A stretch of DNA of 64,000 bases from an uncultured Bacteroidaceae bacterium (GCA_964599875.1 CAZRHE010000006.1:3246-67245), one strand, 5' to 3'; shown: positions 1 to 9,115, numbered from the stretch's first letter. Translations and numbers: made by a program. Notes: generated by a model from the letters alone, not told the origin.

Positions 1-1
1 T

Positions 2-832
2 AAATGCGAAGACGCGACTCTCGTTTGGAAAGGACCTTTCACTTCCTTTGGTTACGGCTACTTCGATGAAATCCCCGCGGCGTACGTGCTCAAATATCTC
101 GACGCGTTCACCGTCCGCCAATTCCTTTCCACCGGCAAACTCTGGACGTGGAAAGACGGCACGCAATCCATTTGGGAAGGCGTCAATCGTCACCTTAAAC
201 ACCCCGCGAATCTTAACAGCGAAGTCACTTCCATTCGCAGAACCCCCGAAAAAGTGTACGTCACCGTAAACGGCAAAGAAGAAGAATTCGACAAACTCAT
301 CATCTGCACCCCGCTCGAACTCTTCCTCGGCTACGGCGATCCCACCGCAAAGGAAACCGAACTCTTCTCCAAGATCGTACATAAGGAATACTTCACCATG
401 GCAGTCCGTCCCGAAGAAGGCAACTGCCCCGAAATTTCTTACTATTTCTTCGAGAATATGACCAACGAAACCAGAGGTCACCTTATGGTGTTCTATCATC
501 GCTGGCCCTCTGAAGAAGTCACCGACCAACCCCTCGTCACCTTTACTCTCCGCAACCACGAAGGTATGGAAGACGTATCTTTTGAAGACGCAAAGGAGAC
601 CACTCTTGCGGATATGGCGAAATGCGGTCACCCCGTCGTCAAGACCGAAAGAATCGACGACTGGTATTACTTCCCTCACGTTTCAAGCAAGGATTATGCG
701 GACGGTTGGTATGATAAAGTCGAGGCGATGCAAGGTCAAAACAACACCTTCTACGCAGGCGAAGTCATGGCGTTCGGCGATATGGAAGAAACCGTCGAAT
801 ACAGCAGAGATCTTATCCGTAGATTCTTCTAA
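2..832 (+). CDS. FAD-dependent oxidoreductase (flavin amine-oxidase-like fold), C-terminal part; 5' end runs off the window
   Basis: The frame is open from nt 2 to the listed Met at 86, so the gene is cut by the window edge. The C-terminal NTFYAGEVMAFGDMEETVEYS resembles the FAD-contacting C-terminus of amine-oxidase-type flavoproteins. A terminator follows. Confidence 0.55.
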   Translation, partial: KCEDATLVWKGPFTSFGYGYFDEIPAAYVLKYLDAFTVRQFLSTGKLWTWKDGTQSIWEGVNRHLKHPANLNSEVTSIRRTPEKVYVTVNGKEEEFDKLIICTPLELFLGYGDPTAKETELFSKIVHKEYFTMAVRPEEGNCPEISYYFFENMTNETRGHLMVFYHRWPSEEVTDQPLVTFTLRNHEGMEDVSFEDAKETTLADMAKCGHPVVKTERIDDWYYFPHVSSKDYADGWYDKVEAMQGQNNTFYAGEVMAFGDMEETVEYSRDLIRRFF

Positions 833-849
833 ATCGAATTTAATAAAAA

Positions 850-877
850 AGTCGTCCAAGCGGGCGACTTTTTTTAT
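850..877 (+). terminator. intrinsic terminator
   Basis: 8-bp stem AGTCGTCC/GGGCGACT (one G-T pair), loop AAGC, then a T-run. Confidence 0.7.
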
Positions 878-958
878 GCGGATTTTCAAAAAATTTAAGT
901 TAATTTAATGCAAAACTCGCTATGATATTATATAATTGAAAAAAACAGGAGCCATAAT

Positions 959-1411
959 ATGAAAACTTTAGTCGTATATTTTTCTCAAACCGGCGTCACG
1001 GCAAAATCCGCCGCCGAAATCGCTAAAATCCTCGATGCGGATATCGCGGAAATCAAAACGAAAAAGACTTATCCCGACAGTTACGCAAAAACGCTTGCGG
1101 TTTCGGGTAAAGAATTTATCACGGGCGAAAAAGTCGAACTCGCAGTCGCACCCGACCCCGCAGGTTACGACGTAATCGCAATAGGATTTCCCGTATGGTA
1201 CGGCGTCTGCCCTCTTGCGATAAACACCTATCTCAAATCATTTGATTTCAGCGGAAAGATTATTTACCCGTTTGCAACGAGCGGCGGCAGTCTTTGCGTC
1301 AAATCCACCAAGACCATTGAAAAGAACGTCAACGGCGGCGTAGTCAAAAACGGAGCGATTTTCAATACCGTCACCCCCGAAAGCGTCAAAGAATGGATAA
1401 ATCAAAAATAG
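959..1411 (+). CDS. flavodoxin-family protein
   Basis: 150 aa. N-terminal MKTLVVYFSQTGVT matches the flavodoxin FMN-phosphate loop pattern. GGAG lies upstream of the ATG. Confidence 0.75.
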   Translation: MKTLVVYFSQTGVTAKSAAEIAKILDADIAEIKTKKTYPDSYAKTLAVSGKEFITGEKVELAVAPDPAGYDVIAIGFPVWYGVCPLAINTYLKSFDFSGKIIYPFATSGGSLCVKSTKTIEKNVNGGVVKNGAIFNTVTPESVKEWINQK

Positions 1412-1424
1412 TTGCGTCGTTTGG

Positions 1425-1453
1425 TTGACTTTATAATTCGGTTTCTATATAAT
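1425..1453 (+). promoter_or_regulatory. sigma-A type promoter (TTGACT-17-TATAAT)
   Basis: TTGACT at 1425-1430, 17-nt spacer, TATAAT at 1448-1453. It sits downstream of the flavodoxin stop and upstream of the MATE gene. Confidence 0.6.
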
Positions 1454-1539
1454 ACCGTCGAAAATCGAATGTAGAAATCGTCGGAGAACTCGGTGCCGTA
1501 GCACCGTTTGCAAAAACATGAGTTGACAAGACGTCGAGT

Positions 1540-1577
1540 GAGCTCGGTTAGTAAAACTAATCGGGCTCCTTTTTTTT
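1540..1577 (+). terminator. intrinsic terminator/attenuator inside the MATE leader
   Basis: 12-bp stem GAGCTCGGTTAG/CTAATCGGGCTC (two G-T pairs), loop TAAAA, then T8. It ends 35 nt before the MATE start codon. Confidence 0.65.
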
Positions 1578-1611
1578 ATGACGGCACTCCGCTCCGACAA
1601 AGGAGAGAAAT

Positions 1612-2943
1612 ATGGCGGTCAGTCTGTCCGACCACTTCACTTACAAAAAACTGTTCAAGGCGGTCTTTGCGCCTATACTTATGATGATATTCACGTCTAT
1701 TTACAGCATAGTAGACGGACTTTTCATATCCAATTTCGTCGGCAAGACGGCGTTTGCGGCAATCAACCTTATCATGCCCGTCATTATGATTTTCGGTGCG
1801 ATAGGATTTATGATGGGTACGGGCGGTAGCGCGCTCGTGTCCAAAACTCTCGGCGAGGGCGACGAGAAAAGAGCAAACGAAATCTTTTCTATGATAGTCT
1901 ACGTCACTATCATAATAGGTATTCTCGTTTCTATCGTCGGCGTAGTCCTCATAGAACAAATATCGAGAGCACTCGGCGCAACTGACGAAATGATGCCTTA
2001 TTGCGTGCTTTACGGCAGAATTTTGATTGCGGCAAACTTTTTGTACATGCTTCAAAACGCATTCCAAGCGTTGTTTATAACCGCCGAAAAACCCAATCTC
2101 GGATTTATCGTAATCGTAGTCGCAGGCGTAACGAATATAATTCTCGACGCGCTTTTTGTAGTCGGTACGGGTTGGGGACTCGTCGGCGCGGCGGTCGCGA
2201 CCGTAATCGGATATGCGATAGCGGGTATCTTCCCTATCGTCTACTTTGCAAGCAAACGCAATAAGAGTTTACTTCGACTCGTAAAGACAAAATTCGACGT
2301 TCGCGCGATTTTGAAAGCATCCGTAAACGGCTCGTCCGAACTCGTATCGAATATCTCCTCCTCTATCGTCAGCATGTTATTCAATATGCAACTTCTGAAA
2401 TTTGCGGGAGAAAACGGCGTGGCGGCGTACGGCGTCATTATGTACGCAGGTTTTATCTTCGTGGCGATATTCTGCGGCTATTCGGTCGGCGTCGCACCCA
2501 TAATCGGATATCACTACGGCGCGGAAAACAAAGACGAACTAAGAAATCTCTTGAAAAAGAGCATGATTTTGATTGCGATTACCAGCGTTATTATGCTTGT
2601 CTTGACGGAAGGACTTGCAAAACCGCTATCGAGCATTTTCGTCAGTTACGACAACGAGTTGCTCGATATAACGACGAGAGGCATGCGCCTTTACGGCTTA
2701 TCATTTTTGCTTGTAGGATTCAATATCTTCGCATCGTCCTTCTTCACCGCGCTGAACGACGGCCTTATTTCCGCGCTGATTTCCTTTATTAGAACGCTGA
2801 TTTTGCAGGTTGTGGCAATAATCGTGATGCCCATTTGGCTTGGATTAGACGGCGTTTGGTTGTCAGTCGTCGCGGCGGAAATTCTTGCGATGATTGTTTC
2901 GGTCATTTGCCTACTTACAAAGCAAAAGAAATACGGTTATTAA
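1612..2943 (+). CDS. MATE-family efflux transporter
   Basis: 443 aa and about 12 hydrophobic helices. N-terminal ...IFTSIYSIVDGLFISNFVG... is typical of MATE/MatE repeats. AGGAGAG lies before the ATG. Confidence 0.85.
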   Translation: MAVSLSDHFTYKKLFKAVFAPILMMIFTSIYSIVDGLFISNFVGKTAFAAINLIMPVIMIFGAIGFMMGTGGSALVSKTLGEGDEKRANEIFSMIVYVTIIIGILVSIVGVVLIEQISRALGATDEMMPYCVLYGRILIAANFLYMLQNAFQALFITAEKPNLGFIVIVVAGVTNIILDALFVVGTGWGLVGAAVATVIGYAIAGIFPIVYFASKRNKSLLRLVKTKFDVRAILKASVNGSSELVSNISSSIVSMLFNMQLLKFAGENGVAAYGVIMYAGFIFVAIFCGYSVGVAPIIGYHYGAENKDELRNLLKKSMILIAITSVIMLVLTEGLAKPLSSIFVSYDNELLDITTRGMRLYGLSFLLVGFNIFASSFFTALNDGLISALISFIRTLILQVVAIIVMPIWLGLDGVWLSVVAAEILAMIVSVICLLTKQKKYGY

Positions 2944-2952
2944 AGTAATAAA

Positions 2953-2985
2953 ACGCCTCGACGGATTTGTCGGGGCGTTATATTA
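2953..2985. terminator. bidirectional intrinsic terminator
   Basis: 10-bp stem ACGCCTCGAC/GTCGGGGCGT, loop GGATTT. It is flanked by an A-rich and a T-rich run, between the convergent MATE and GNAT genes. Confidence 0.7.
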
Positions 2986-3013
2986 TGGATTTATTAGGAT
3001 TACGACTTAATCG

Positions 3014-3535
3014 TCATCCGACCTTGTATACGTACTTATATAGCGTGTTTTTGACTTCGTCAAACTCCTCTTTAGATATCTTCCCGTCCGACGACATAAT
3101 AAGCAAATCGATTTCCTTGCGCCCTACCGAAATAGGCGGTTGCACGTAGGCGTATGAGTTTAGATAAAAACCGTTTCTTTCATAAAAAGCGATACGTCTT
3201 TTTGTTATATCCGTCGTAGGTAGTTCGACTTCCAAACAAATTTTGCAGTCAAATAACTCGCGCAAATCGTTGAGCATAACTCCCCCGAGTCCGCAGTTTC
3301 TATACTCCGCACTCGTTGCAAGATGTTCGATATAAACAAAATTTTCAAACTTCCAAATCGCCGCAAAAGACTTGATTTTGCCCGAATTTTCGTCTTCGAT
3401 TACATATATCTGATAAAACGAATCCCCAAGCAACGCTTTTTGCTCGTCGTAAGGGCGATGCTCGTCGATAGGAAAAGACGTATCCATTATTGCGAATACG
3501 TCTTCAAATTCCTGTTCTTGTATCAGTCGCAACAT
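3014..3535 (-). CDS. GNAT-family N-acetyltransferase
   Basis: 173 aa. Acetyl-CoA motif A-like YRNCGLGGVML and C-terminal FYERNGF. Confidence 0.85.
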   Translation of the reverse strand: MLRLIQEQEFEDVFAIMDTSFPIDEHRPYDEQKALLGDSFYQIYVIEDENSGKIKSFAAIWKFENFVYIEHLATSAEYRNCGLGGVMLNDLRELFDCKICLEVELPTTDITKRRIAFYERNGFYLNSYAYVQPPISVGRKEIDLLIMSSDGKISKEEFDEVKNTLYKYVYKVG

Positions 3536-3538
3536 ATA

Positions 3539-4006
3539 TTAGTAACAGAATCTATTGAGATATGCTTCGCAAAGGGATTCGCAGAACAGTTCTTCGTTGA
3601 GGACGACGTTTCCGTCCAAAACTGCGACCATAATGCAGAATTCGATAAATTTCTTTGCAACGTCGCCGTGTCTGATTCTGTCGAATAATTGTATTGTTCT
3701 ATTTCTATGTTCTTGCTTATTGAATCGAGAAATAAGATTGAAAAACATATCGTACGTGTAATTATCAAATTTGGCTGCCGTTATCAAGGCTTCGTATTCA
3801 TCATAAGACAGTCTGCCGTCGTTTGCAGCGACGCAAGCAAATGCACCGAACACGGCGTCGAATGCATCATCTTTGCTGAACCATTCAACGTCTCTCAATG
3901 CATTATAAAGATTGTAAAAGATATTGTACAAGGCGTTTTTGCCGGCGCGGTTTTTGTATGAAATTGCTTGGGCTTTGATTTGCTCGAAAAGTTCGTATGC
4001 GTACAT
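3539..4006 (-). CDS. hypothetical protein, TerB-like helical repeat pattern
   Basis: I trimmed the start to ATG 4006, which is preceded by GAGGAG (the listed ORF begins at 4069). Two ...DG.L...E...L... segments (AANDGRLSYDEYEAL, VLDGNVVLNEELF) recall TerB-type domains. Confidence 0.4.
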   Translation of the reverse strand: MYAYELFEQIKAQAISYKNRAGKNALYNIFYNLYNALRDVEWFSKDDAFDAVFGAFACVAANDGRLSYDEYEALITAAKFDNYTYDMFFNLISRFNKQEHRNRTIQLFDRIRHGDVAKKFIEFCIMVAVLDGNVVLNEELFCESLCEAYLNRFCY

Positions 4007-4127
4007 AATTTTCTCCTCTATCGCACGTTTTAATGATGAAATTGTAACATGCGTCGCATAAACTGTCAAGAGTACGCGTAAAATCGCCGTAGATATGGAT
4101 TGACTAAAAGGCGGATTCTATTTTATA

Positions 4128-4988
4128 ATGTCTAAAACAAACGTAGAAGAGGCGGATATGAGCGAAAATTATTTTGATAAAGGCTTTAAAATTGAAAACG
4201 GCGTGCTAATAAGATATTTCGGAAACGACCACGACGTCGTCGTCCCCGCCGAAGTTACCGCAATAGGCGAGCAAGCGTTTTTCAGAAAAGGCCATATAAA
4301 AAGCGTCAAATTGCACGACGGCATAACCGAAATCGGCAACTATGCGTTTTATAGATGCACCGGGCTTACCGAATTGATTTTGCCGAAAAATCTCGAAAAA
4401 ATCGGTGTTTTCTCTTTCAGCACCTGCAATTTCCGCTCCCTTGTCATTCCCGACAAACTCACGCTTATCCCCGACAACGCGTTTTCCTATAACTCGTTCA
4501 AATCGGTAAAAATCGGCGCAAACGTCCGCGAAATCGGCTCTTCTGCTTTTGCTTGTTGCGACGGGCTCTCCGAAATTACCATTCCGTCATCCGTCGAGAT
4601 AATTCGCGAAGCTGCGTTTTCCTCTTGCAAAAAGTTGACCGCTATCACTTTCAAAGAAGGATTGAAAACTATTTGTTTAGACGCGTTTACGCGCGCGCTA
4701 TCATTAAAGTCGGTGACTTTCCCGTCCACACTCAAAACTATTGAAAGATTCGCTTTCTGCGGCGCGAAAACACTATCCGCGGTCAATTTCCAAGACGGAA
4801 TCGAAACAATCGGCTACGGTGCGTTTGCGGACGCGGACATGCTCCGCAAAGTTTTCATCCCCTCAAGCGTGAAAACAATCGAGAAAACCGCCTTCCCCGA
4901 CCGCAAAACCCTAACCATACAATACTCGCTCCCCGCCGTCCCGCAGACTTGGAATCTCCCCTCCTCCGCCAAACTGCAAAGGATTTAA
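4128..4988 (+). CDS. leucine-rich-repeat protein (BspA/TpLRR-type repeats)
   Basis: Repeated units of about 23 aa such as IPSSVEIIREAAFSSCKKLTAITF and FPSTLKTIERFAFCGAKTLSAVNF. No obvious signal peptide. An alternative start at ATG 4158 has a better SD (GAAGAGG). Confidence 0.8.
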   Translation: MSKTNVEEADMSENYFDKGFKIENGVLIRYFGNDHDVVVPAEVTAIGEQAFFRKGHIKSVKLHDGITEIGNYAFYRCTGLTELILPKNLEKIGVFSFSTCNFRSLVIPDKLTLIPDNAFSYNSFKSVKIGANVREIGSSAFACCDGLSEITIPSSVEIIREAAFSSCKKLTAITFKEGLKTICLDAFTRALSLKSVTFPSTLKTIERFAFCGAKTLSAVNFQDGIETIGYGAFADADMLRKVFIPSSVKTIEKTAFPDRKTLTIQYSLPAVPQTWNLPSSAKLQRI

Positions 4989-5020
4989 TCAACAATCACT
5001 ATCAAAATCAACCTCATGAA

Positions 5021-5046
5021 AAAAGCACTTATCTGAGTGCTTTTTG
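5021..5046. terminator. bidirectional intrinsic terminator
   Basis: AAAAGCACT/AGTGCTTTT stem with loop TATCTG, between convergent genes. Confidence 0.7.
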
Positions 5047-5066
5047 TATATAACGCTATTTAATTT

Positions 5067-5531
5067 TTAGCAAATATAATCAAATGATGCACCATAGTCT
5101 GAATATATGATTTGTCGCAATCCATATATATCTCTTGATTTACCCAAAATTTTCCCATACTTAACTAAATAGTGATAACCTTTGGGAATATACATAACAT
5201 TGTAATATCCATCATCATGTGCATCAGATTCAGATAAATAGCCAATATCAGGATTGTTTATAGGCATGTAACAATATTCATCATTTTGCTCATAAAATTC
5301 GTAATCACTATAAATATAATCAATGAAAATTTCAGCATCTTGTTTAGAATCTCTGACATCATAGGTATATCCGTTTCGCCTAATAATAACAAAATTATTA
5401 TAATCCCACACATAAAACTCCAAAATTTTATCGTCAAAACCATCAAGATCTTTTAATAATACATCGCTTTCGCCTGATGTCCAAAATTGATGCTTGTACG
5501 TTATATAAATCTTTTTTTTTGTAAAACTCAT
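5067..5531 (-). CDS. hypothetical protein (Tyr/Asp-rich, AT-rich orphan gene)
   Basis: I trimmed the start to ATG 5531, which is preceded by AGGAAGGAG. 154 aa. The DNA is markedly more AT-rich than its neighbours. I recognise no motif. Confidence 0.6.
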   Translation of the reverse strand: MSFTKKKIYITYKHQFWTSGESDVLLKDLDGFDDKILEFYVWDYNNFVIIRRNGYTYDVRDSKQDAEIFIDYIYSDYEFYEQNDEYCYMPINNPDIGYLSESDAHDDGYYNVMYIPKGYHYLVKYGKILGKSRDIYGLRQIIYSDYGASFDYIC

Positions 5532-5631
5532 TTTTATTAATCTCCTTCCTTTATTACATAAATATATCATAAAACTAATCGACATACAATGTTTTTTTGA
5601 AATTTTTCGTGTAATTTTTTAGTTTTAAAGC

Positions 5632-5658
5632 AAAAACCCTACTAAAAGTAGGGTTTTT
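5632..5658 (-). terminator. intrinsic terminator downstream of tRNA-Ser
   Basis: AAAACCCTACT/AGTAGGGTTTT stem with a 3-nt loop. A T-run follows on the minus strand. Confidence 0.7.
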
Positions 5659-5663
5659 GGACT

Positions 5664-5756
5664 TGGCGGAGAAGAAGAGATTCGAACTCTTGAAACGCTT
5701 TTGACGTTTACGCGATTTCCAGTCGCGCGCCCTCGACCAAACTAGGCGACTTCTCC
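5664..5756 (-). tRNA. tRNA-Ser (anticodon GGA)
   Basis: Hand-folded cloverleaf. Acceptor GGAGAAG/CTTCTCC. Anticodon stem CGCGA/TCGCG with loop CTGGAAA. Long variable arm AAACG..CGTTT. T-arm AAGAG-TTCGAAT-CTCTT. Encoded CCA. Confidence 0.9.
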
Positions 5757-5844
5757 ATATATCGCAGTTACGTGCTTGCACTAGTGACTGCATATATGGA
5801 GAGGCAACGGAGTTGCGCACTTGTAGAGTGCAGTCGCCTTTTGG

Positions 5845-5880
5845 AACGAACGTTTTACGCGAAGTACCAAACTAGGCAAT
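5845..5880 (-). pseudogene. tRNA-Ser remnant (D-arm and variable-arm fragments, anticodon arm missing)
   Basis: It shares GCCTAGTTTGGT (12 nt) and TCGCGTAAA (9 nt) with the intact tRNA-Ser 110 nt away. No cloverleaf can be folded. Confidence 0.4.
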
Positions 5881-5984
5881 GTAACTGTTACTATTCAATT
5901 AATGGGTGGCGGTTGGTAGATGTAGAAAACAAAACTAATTCAGCCAACCGTCGATTGAGATTTCTCTCGAACCCAACGCAAGCA

Positions 5985-6013
5985 ATTATATATGATGACG
6001 GCGTTTTTGACAA
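5985..6013 (-). promoter_or_regulatory. sigma-A type promoter (TTGTCA-17-TATAAT) driving the leader plus tRNA-Ser
   Basis: On the minus strand: TTGTCA (6013-6008), 17-nt spacer, TATAAT (5990-5985). Confidence 0.6.
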
Positions 6014-6074
6014 GTGTTTTCGAGATTTTCGTAAAAATTGTTCTTTCGGCCACCCTATTCCGCCTTAAATTATA

Positions 6075-6100
6075 TGAAAAAGCGAACTTAACCGTTCGCT
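6075..6100 (-). terminator. intrinsic terminator overlapping the stop of the DUF1292-like gene
   Basis: Stem AGCGAAC/GTTCGCT, 6-nt loop, T-run on the minus strand. Confidence 0.6.
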
Positions 6101-6423
6101 TCTTCTACAAGTCTGGCATATTGCTCGTAGATATAATTTGCAATTTTTTCGTCAGTTTCAATGCGCAACGCCGCTTCACCGGTCATTTCATCCTCAACGA
6201 TTTTGAAAATGATTATCTCGTCGTCGGCTACGCCTTTGATTCCTTCAAGCGGTTTCAATATGCAATATAGGTCTTCTTCGCCATAAGGAATTACCGCCAC
6301 TTGCTCGAATTTAATTCGGTTGCCTTCACTATCGTACAGATAAATAGGCGCGTTGTTGTTTTCGTCGACAAGTACGTCGAGAAGGTCTACTCTAACGATT
6401 TCTTCATCTTTTTTCTTTTTCAT
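6088..6423 (-). CDS. DUF1292/UPF0473-like small acidic protein
   Basis: 111 aa. The acidic pattern ...LYDSEGNRIKFEQVAVIPYGEEDLYCILKP... matches the DUF1292 family as I remember it. Confidence 0.6.
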   Translation of the reverse strand: MKKKKDEEIVRVDLLDVLVDENNNAPIYLYDSEGNRIKFEQVAVIPYGEEDLYCILKPLEGIKGVADDEIIIFKIVEDEMTGEAALRIETDEKIANYIYEQYARLVEEANG

Positions 6424-6560
6424 TTTGATTAACCCCTAAATTTATTTGCATCGTAAGATGCTACGAACATTATAGACATAAATTTTTCGGATAGTCAATA
6501 CCCAAAAATCGTTATTTTTGCAAGACGCGTCTTAAAACTCACCGCCAATTCGAGATGACG

Positions 6561-6596
6561 ATAAATAAAAAGCCTTGACGACTTGTCAGGGCTTTT
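6561..6596 (-). terminator. intrinsic terminator
   Basis: 12-bp stem AAAAGCCTTGAC/GTCAGGGCTTTT (one G-T pair). T-rich run on the minus strand. Confidence 0.7.
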
Positions 6597-6605
6597 ACGT
6601 GTTGT

Positions 6606-7469
6606 TTATCTTTCGTAGCCGACGATCGCGATTTCGGGGGACAGAAATTTGCGCAATCCCGCATCATCGCTAAACTCCGAAAACTCGTCCAAAAGAAATT
6701 CGTATCTTTCAAAACCGCAATTACACTCGTCGAGCGATCCTTCCGAGAAAAATCTCGTGCACGAATAGCAATCGTGGTCCGTATTGAGTTCCTGCTCTTC
6801 AAATTCTTTCTTATATTTTTCAAGGACGGCGCGCTTGTTAATTGCCCGTTTGTAATCGTCCTCGACGCGCATGCTTACCCTTCTCAAAATCCATCTTGCG
6901 CGCGCGTGTTTCTTGGGGTCTTCGATAGCCTTGACGAGTTCGTCGTATTCGCAATAATTCTTATCTATTCTATCAAGCGCCTCTTCTTCGGATATACCTT
7001 CCGTGTCGCAGTAAACTTCGATAAGTTTTTTTCTTACGTCTAAAACCGATTTTCTATCCGTAATTGCATTAAACACACAATAAGCGCCGTATATATCCAT
7101 ATCGGTTTCAACGTACGTCAAAAAATCAGCGATATCTTCATCGTCCCAATCGTCGAAATCCGTACCAATTGCATCGAATAAGAAAGCGTTGCTCTCGTTG
7201 TTTTCTTCGTAAAATTTGCGAATCAAACCTTTCGTTTCTTCTCTGAAATCCTCAATAGGCTTGCCGTTGCAATAATAGTACAATCTACCGTTGAAGTTTT
7301 CTTCGCACTCCGCGGTGACGCAGAAAAACCATACGATTTTTTCAAGCGCCTTGGTAATCACGAAAGACGCGCGATTATCCTTTTTTGCCTCATCCGTCGT
7401 CTTGATAGACAACGAGTGCGACGATGAACTGTTGGTTTCAAATATTGAGCGTCTGATTATTCTTTTCAT
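6606..7469 (-). CDS. hypothetical acidic protein
   Basis: 287 aa. N-terminal FETNSSSSHS motif and a C-terminal Cys cluster (CYSCTRFFSEGSLDECNCG). I recognise no family. Confidence 0.6.
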   Translation of the reverse strand: MKRIIRRSIFETNSSSSHSLSIKTTDEAKKDNRASFVITKALEKIVWFFCVTAECEENFNGRLYYYCNGKPIEDFREETKGLIRKFYEENNESNAFLFDAIGTDFDDWDDEDIADFLTYVETDMDIYGAYCVFNAITDRKSVLDVRKKLIEVYCDTEGISEEEALDRIDKNYCEYDELVKAIEDPKKHARARWILRRVSMRVEDDYKRAINKRAVLEKYKKEFEEQELNTDHDCYSCTRFFSEGSLDECNCGFERYEFLLDEFSEFSDDAGLRKFLSPEIAIVGYER

Positions 7470-7684
7470 ATCTACCCTCCCTCGAATTAACTTCTTGTAT
7501 TCATCCTACCACAGCGTAAGCGAAATTTCAAGCGTAGAATTAATCTGAAAACGTATTTAATTTCACAAACTCGATAGAAAAAATATCGAATCCGCTATTT
7601 TGAAAATAGTATTTACAAAACGCATAGACTATGTTATGATTATTGTAAGTAAATTATATAATTTATAGTAACGCAAGGAGCATT

Positions 7685-9061
7685 ATGATTACAGAATCAG
7701 CAGACCCTGAACCCGACAGTATCATTCTTTCCGTCGTATTCATCGTCGTATTAGTACTTTTTTCGGGATTCTTTTCCGCGACCGAAACCGCATTCAGTTC
7801 GGTCAACAGAACCAAACTTAAACTGAAAGCCCAAAACGGAAACAAAGCGGCTCAGAACGCTTTGAATTTGTCCGATAATTTCGACAAGTTGCTTTCGACT
7901 ATTCTCGTAGGCAACAATATCGTCAATATTACGCTTTCCGTCCTTTTCAACAACATTTTCGAAGAGGCAATACCAAACCCCGCCGTAAGCGGTATCGTTT
8001 CGGTTGCGGTGTCTACGGTCATCGTCCTGACTTTCGGCGAAATCACCCCCAAGATGATTGCAAAAGAAAACTCCGAAAGACTTTCGATGGCGTTCGGCTA
8101 TCCGATAAAGGTCATAATGATTATCCTCTATCCTATAACCATTTTGTTCGCAGGACTCAAATGGCTTTTGAAGAAGGTGTTCAAATCCAAGGACGACGAC
8201 AAAATCACTGAAGAAGAACTTCTCTCCCTCGTCGAAGAAGCGCAAGAAGACGGCTCTCTCAACGTGCAAGAACGCGAACTTATATCGAGCGCAATCGAAT
8301 TCGACGACGCCGAAGTGCAAGATATTCTCGTCCCCAGAGTCAACGTCGTATCCCTTCCCATCGACATGCCTATGGACAAAATCAAGGAATTGTTCTTCGA
8401 ATACAATTTCTCGCGTATGCCCGTGTATAGAGGCACGATAGACACCGTCGTCGGCATGCTCCACAATATCGACTTCTTCACCGCTCTCGAAAAGGGCGAA
8501 AAGAATATCAAGAATTATATCACTCCCGTTGCGGTTGCGACCGAGCATATGAAGATATCCACCCTGCTCAAGAGTATGCAACGTCAAAAGGTGCATATGG
8601 CGGTTGTCGTGGACGAATACGGCGGCACTCTCGGCATAGTCACCCTTGAAGACATTCTCGAAGAACTCGTCGGCGAAATTTGGGACGAACACGACGAAGT
8701 CGTCAACTACTTCAATCAAATCGACGACGACACCTATATGGTCGATTGTCGTGCTGAATTAGACGACTTCTTTGAAACTTTCGACATAGATAAGAGCGAA
8801 AGCGACAACTTCGACTCTCAAACCGTCAGCGGCTGGATAATCGAACAAATGGGCGAAATCCCAAAGAAGTTCACCTCTTTCGACTACAAAAACCTGACTA
8901 TAACCATTGACAAACTCACGCAAAGAAAGATTTTGAGCGCGAAAGTCAAAATCAATCCCGTAGTTGAAGAAGACGCGGAACAAGATTCCAAACGCTTTGA
9001 ATTGAAGTCTTTGAAAGAACTTCGCGAAGGCAAAGACGAAGACGAATCACAAAACGACTAA
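7685..9061 (+). CDS. CNNM/hemolysin-family protein (DUF21 TM region + CBS pair + CorC_HlyC)
   Basis: 458 aa. N-terminal TM helices with ...[11 protein letters not shown].... CBS-like middle region. C-terminal [11 protein letters not shown]... transporter-associated domain. Confidence 0.85.
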   Translation: MITESADPEPDSIILSVVFIVVLVLFSGFFSATETAFSSVNRTKLKLKAQNGNKAAQNALNLSDNFDKLLSTILVGNNIVNITLSVLFNNIFEEAIPNPAVSGIVSVAVSTVIVLTFGEITPKMIAKENSERLSMAFGYPIKVIMIILYPITILFAGLKWLLKKVFKSKDDDKITEEELLSLVEEAQEDGSLNVQERELISSAIEFDDAEVQDILVPRVNVVSLPIDMPMDKIKELFFEYNFSRMPVYRGTIDTVVGMLHNIDFFTALEKGEKNIKNYITPVAVATEHMKISTLLKSMQRQKVHMAVVVDEYGGTLGIVTLEDILEELVGEIWDEHDEVVNYFNQIDDDTYMVDCRAELDDFFETFDIDKSESDNFDSQTVSGWIIEQMGEIPKKFTSFDYKNLTITIDKLTQRKILSAKVKINPVVEEDAEQDSKRFELKSLKELREGKDEDESQND

Positions 9062-9085
9062 TTCCTTTAATCCCCTAAAAAGAAG

Positions 9086-9115
9086 AACCTCGCGATTTTG
9101 CGAGGTTTTTCTTTT
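9086..9115. terminator. bidirectional intrinsic terminator
   Basis: Stem AACCTCGC/GCGAGGTT, loop GATTTT, flanked by A and T runs, between convergent genes. Confidence 0.75.

Noticed and set aside
5797-5890. A possible second functional tRNA upstream of tRNA-Ser. I also tried tRNA-Tyr, selC and pylT readings because of the GCAC-TCTACAA-GTGC hairpin.
   Set aside because: No acceptor stem can be formed. There is no T-loop (GTTCGAAT-like) sequence. The candidate anticodon loops lack U33 in the right register. Only D-arm and variable-arm fragments of tRNA-Ser remain.
5772-6068. A 98-aa plus-strand ORF in the tRNA-Ser upstream region.
   Set aside because: It has no SD, lies antisense to a promoter-driven tRNA leader, and overlaps the tRNA remnant. 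It is most likely spurious.
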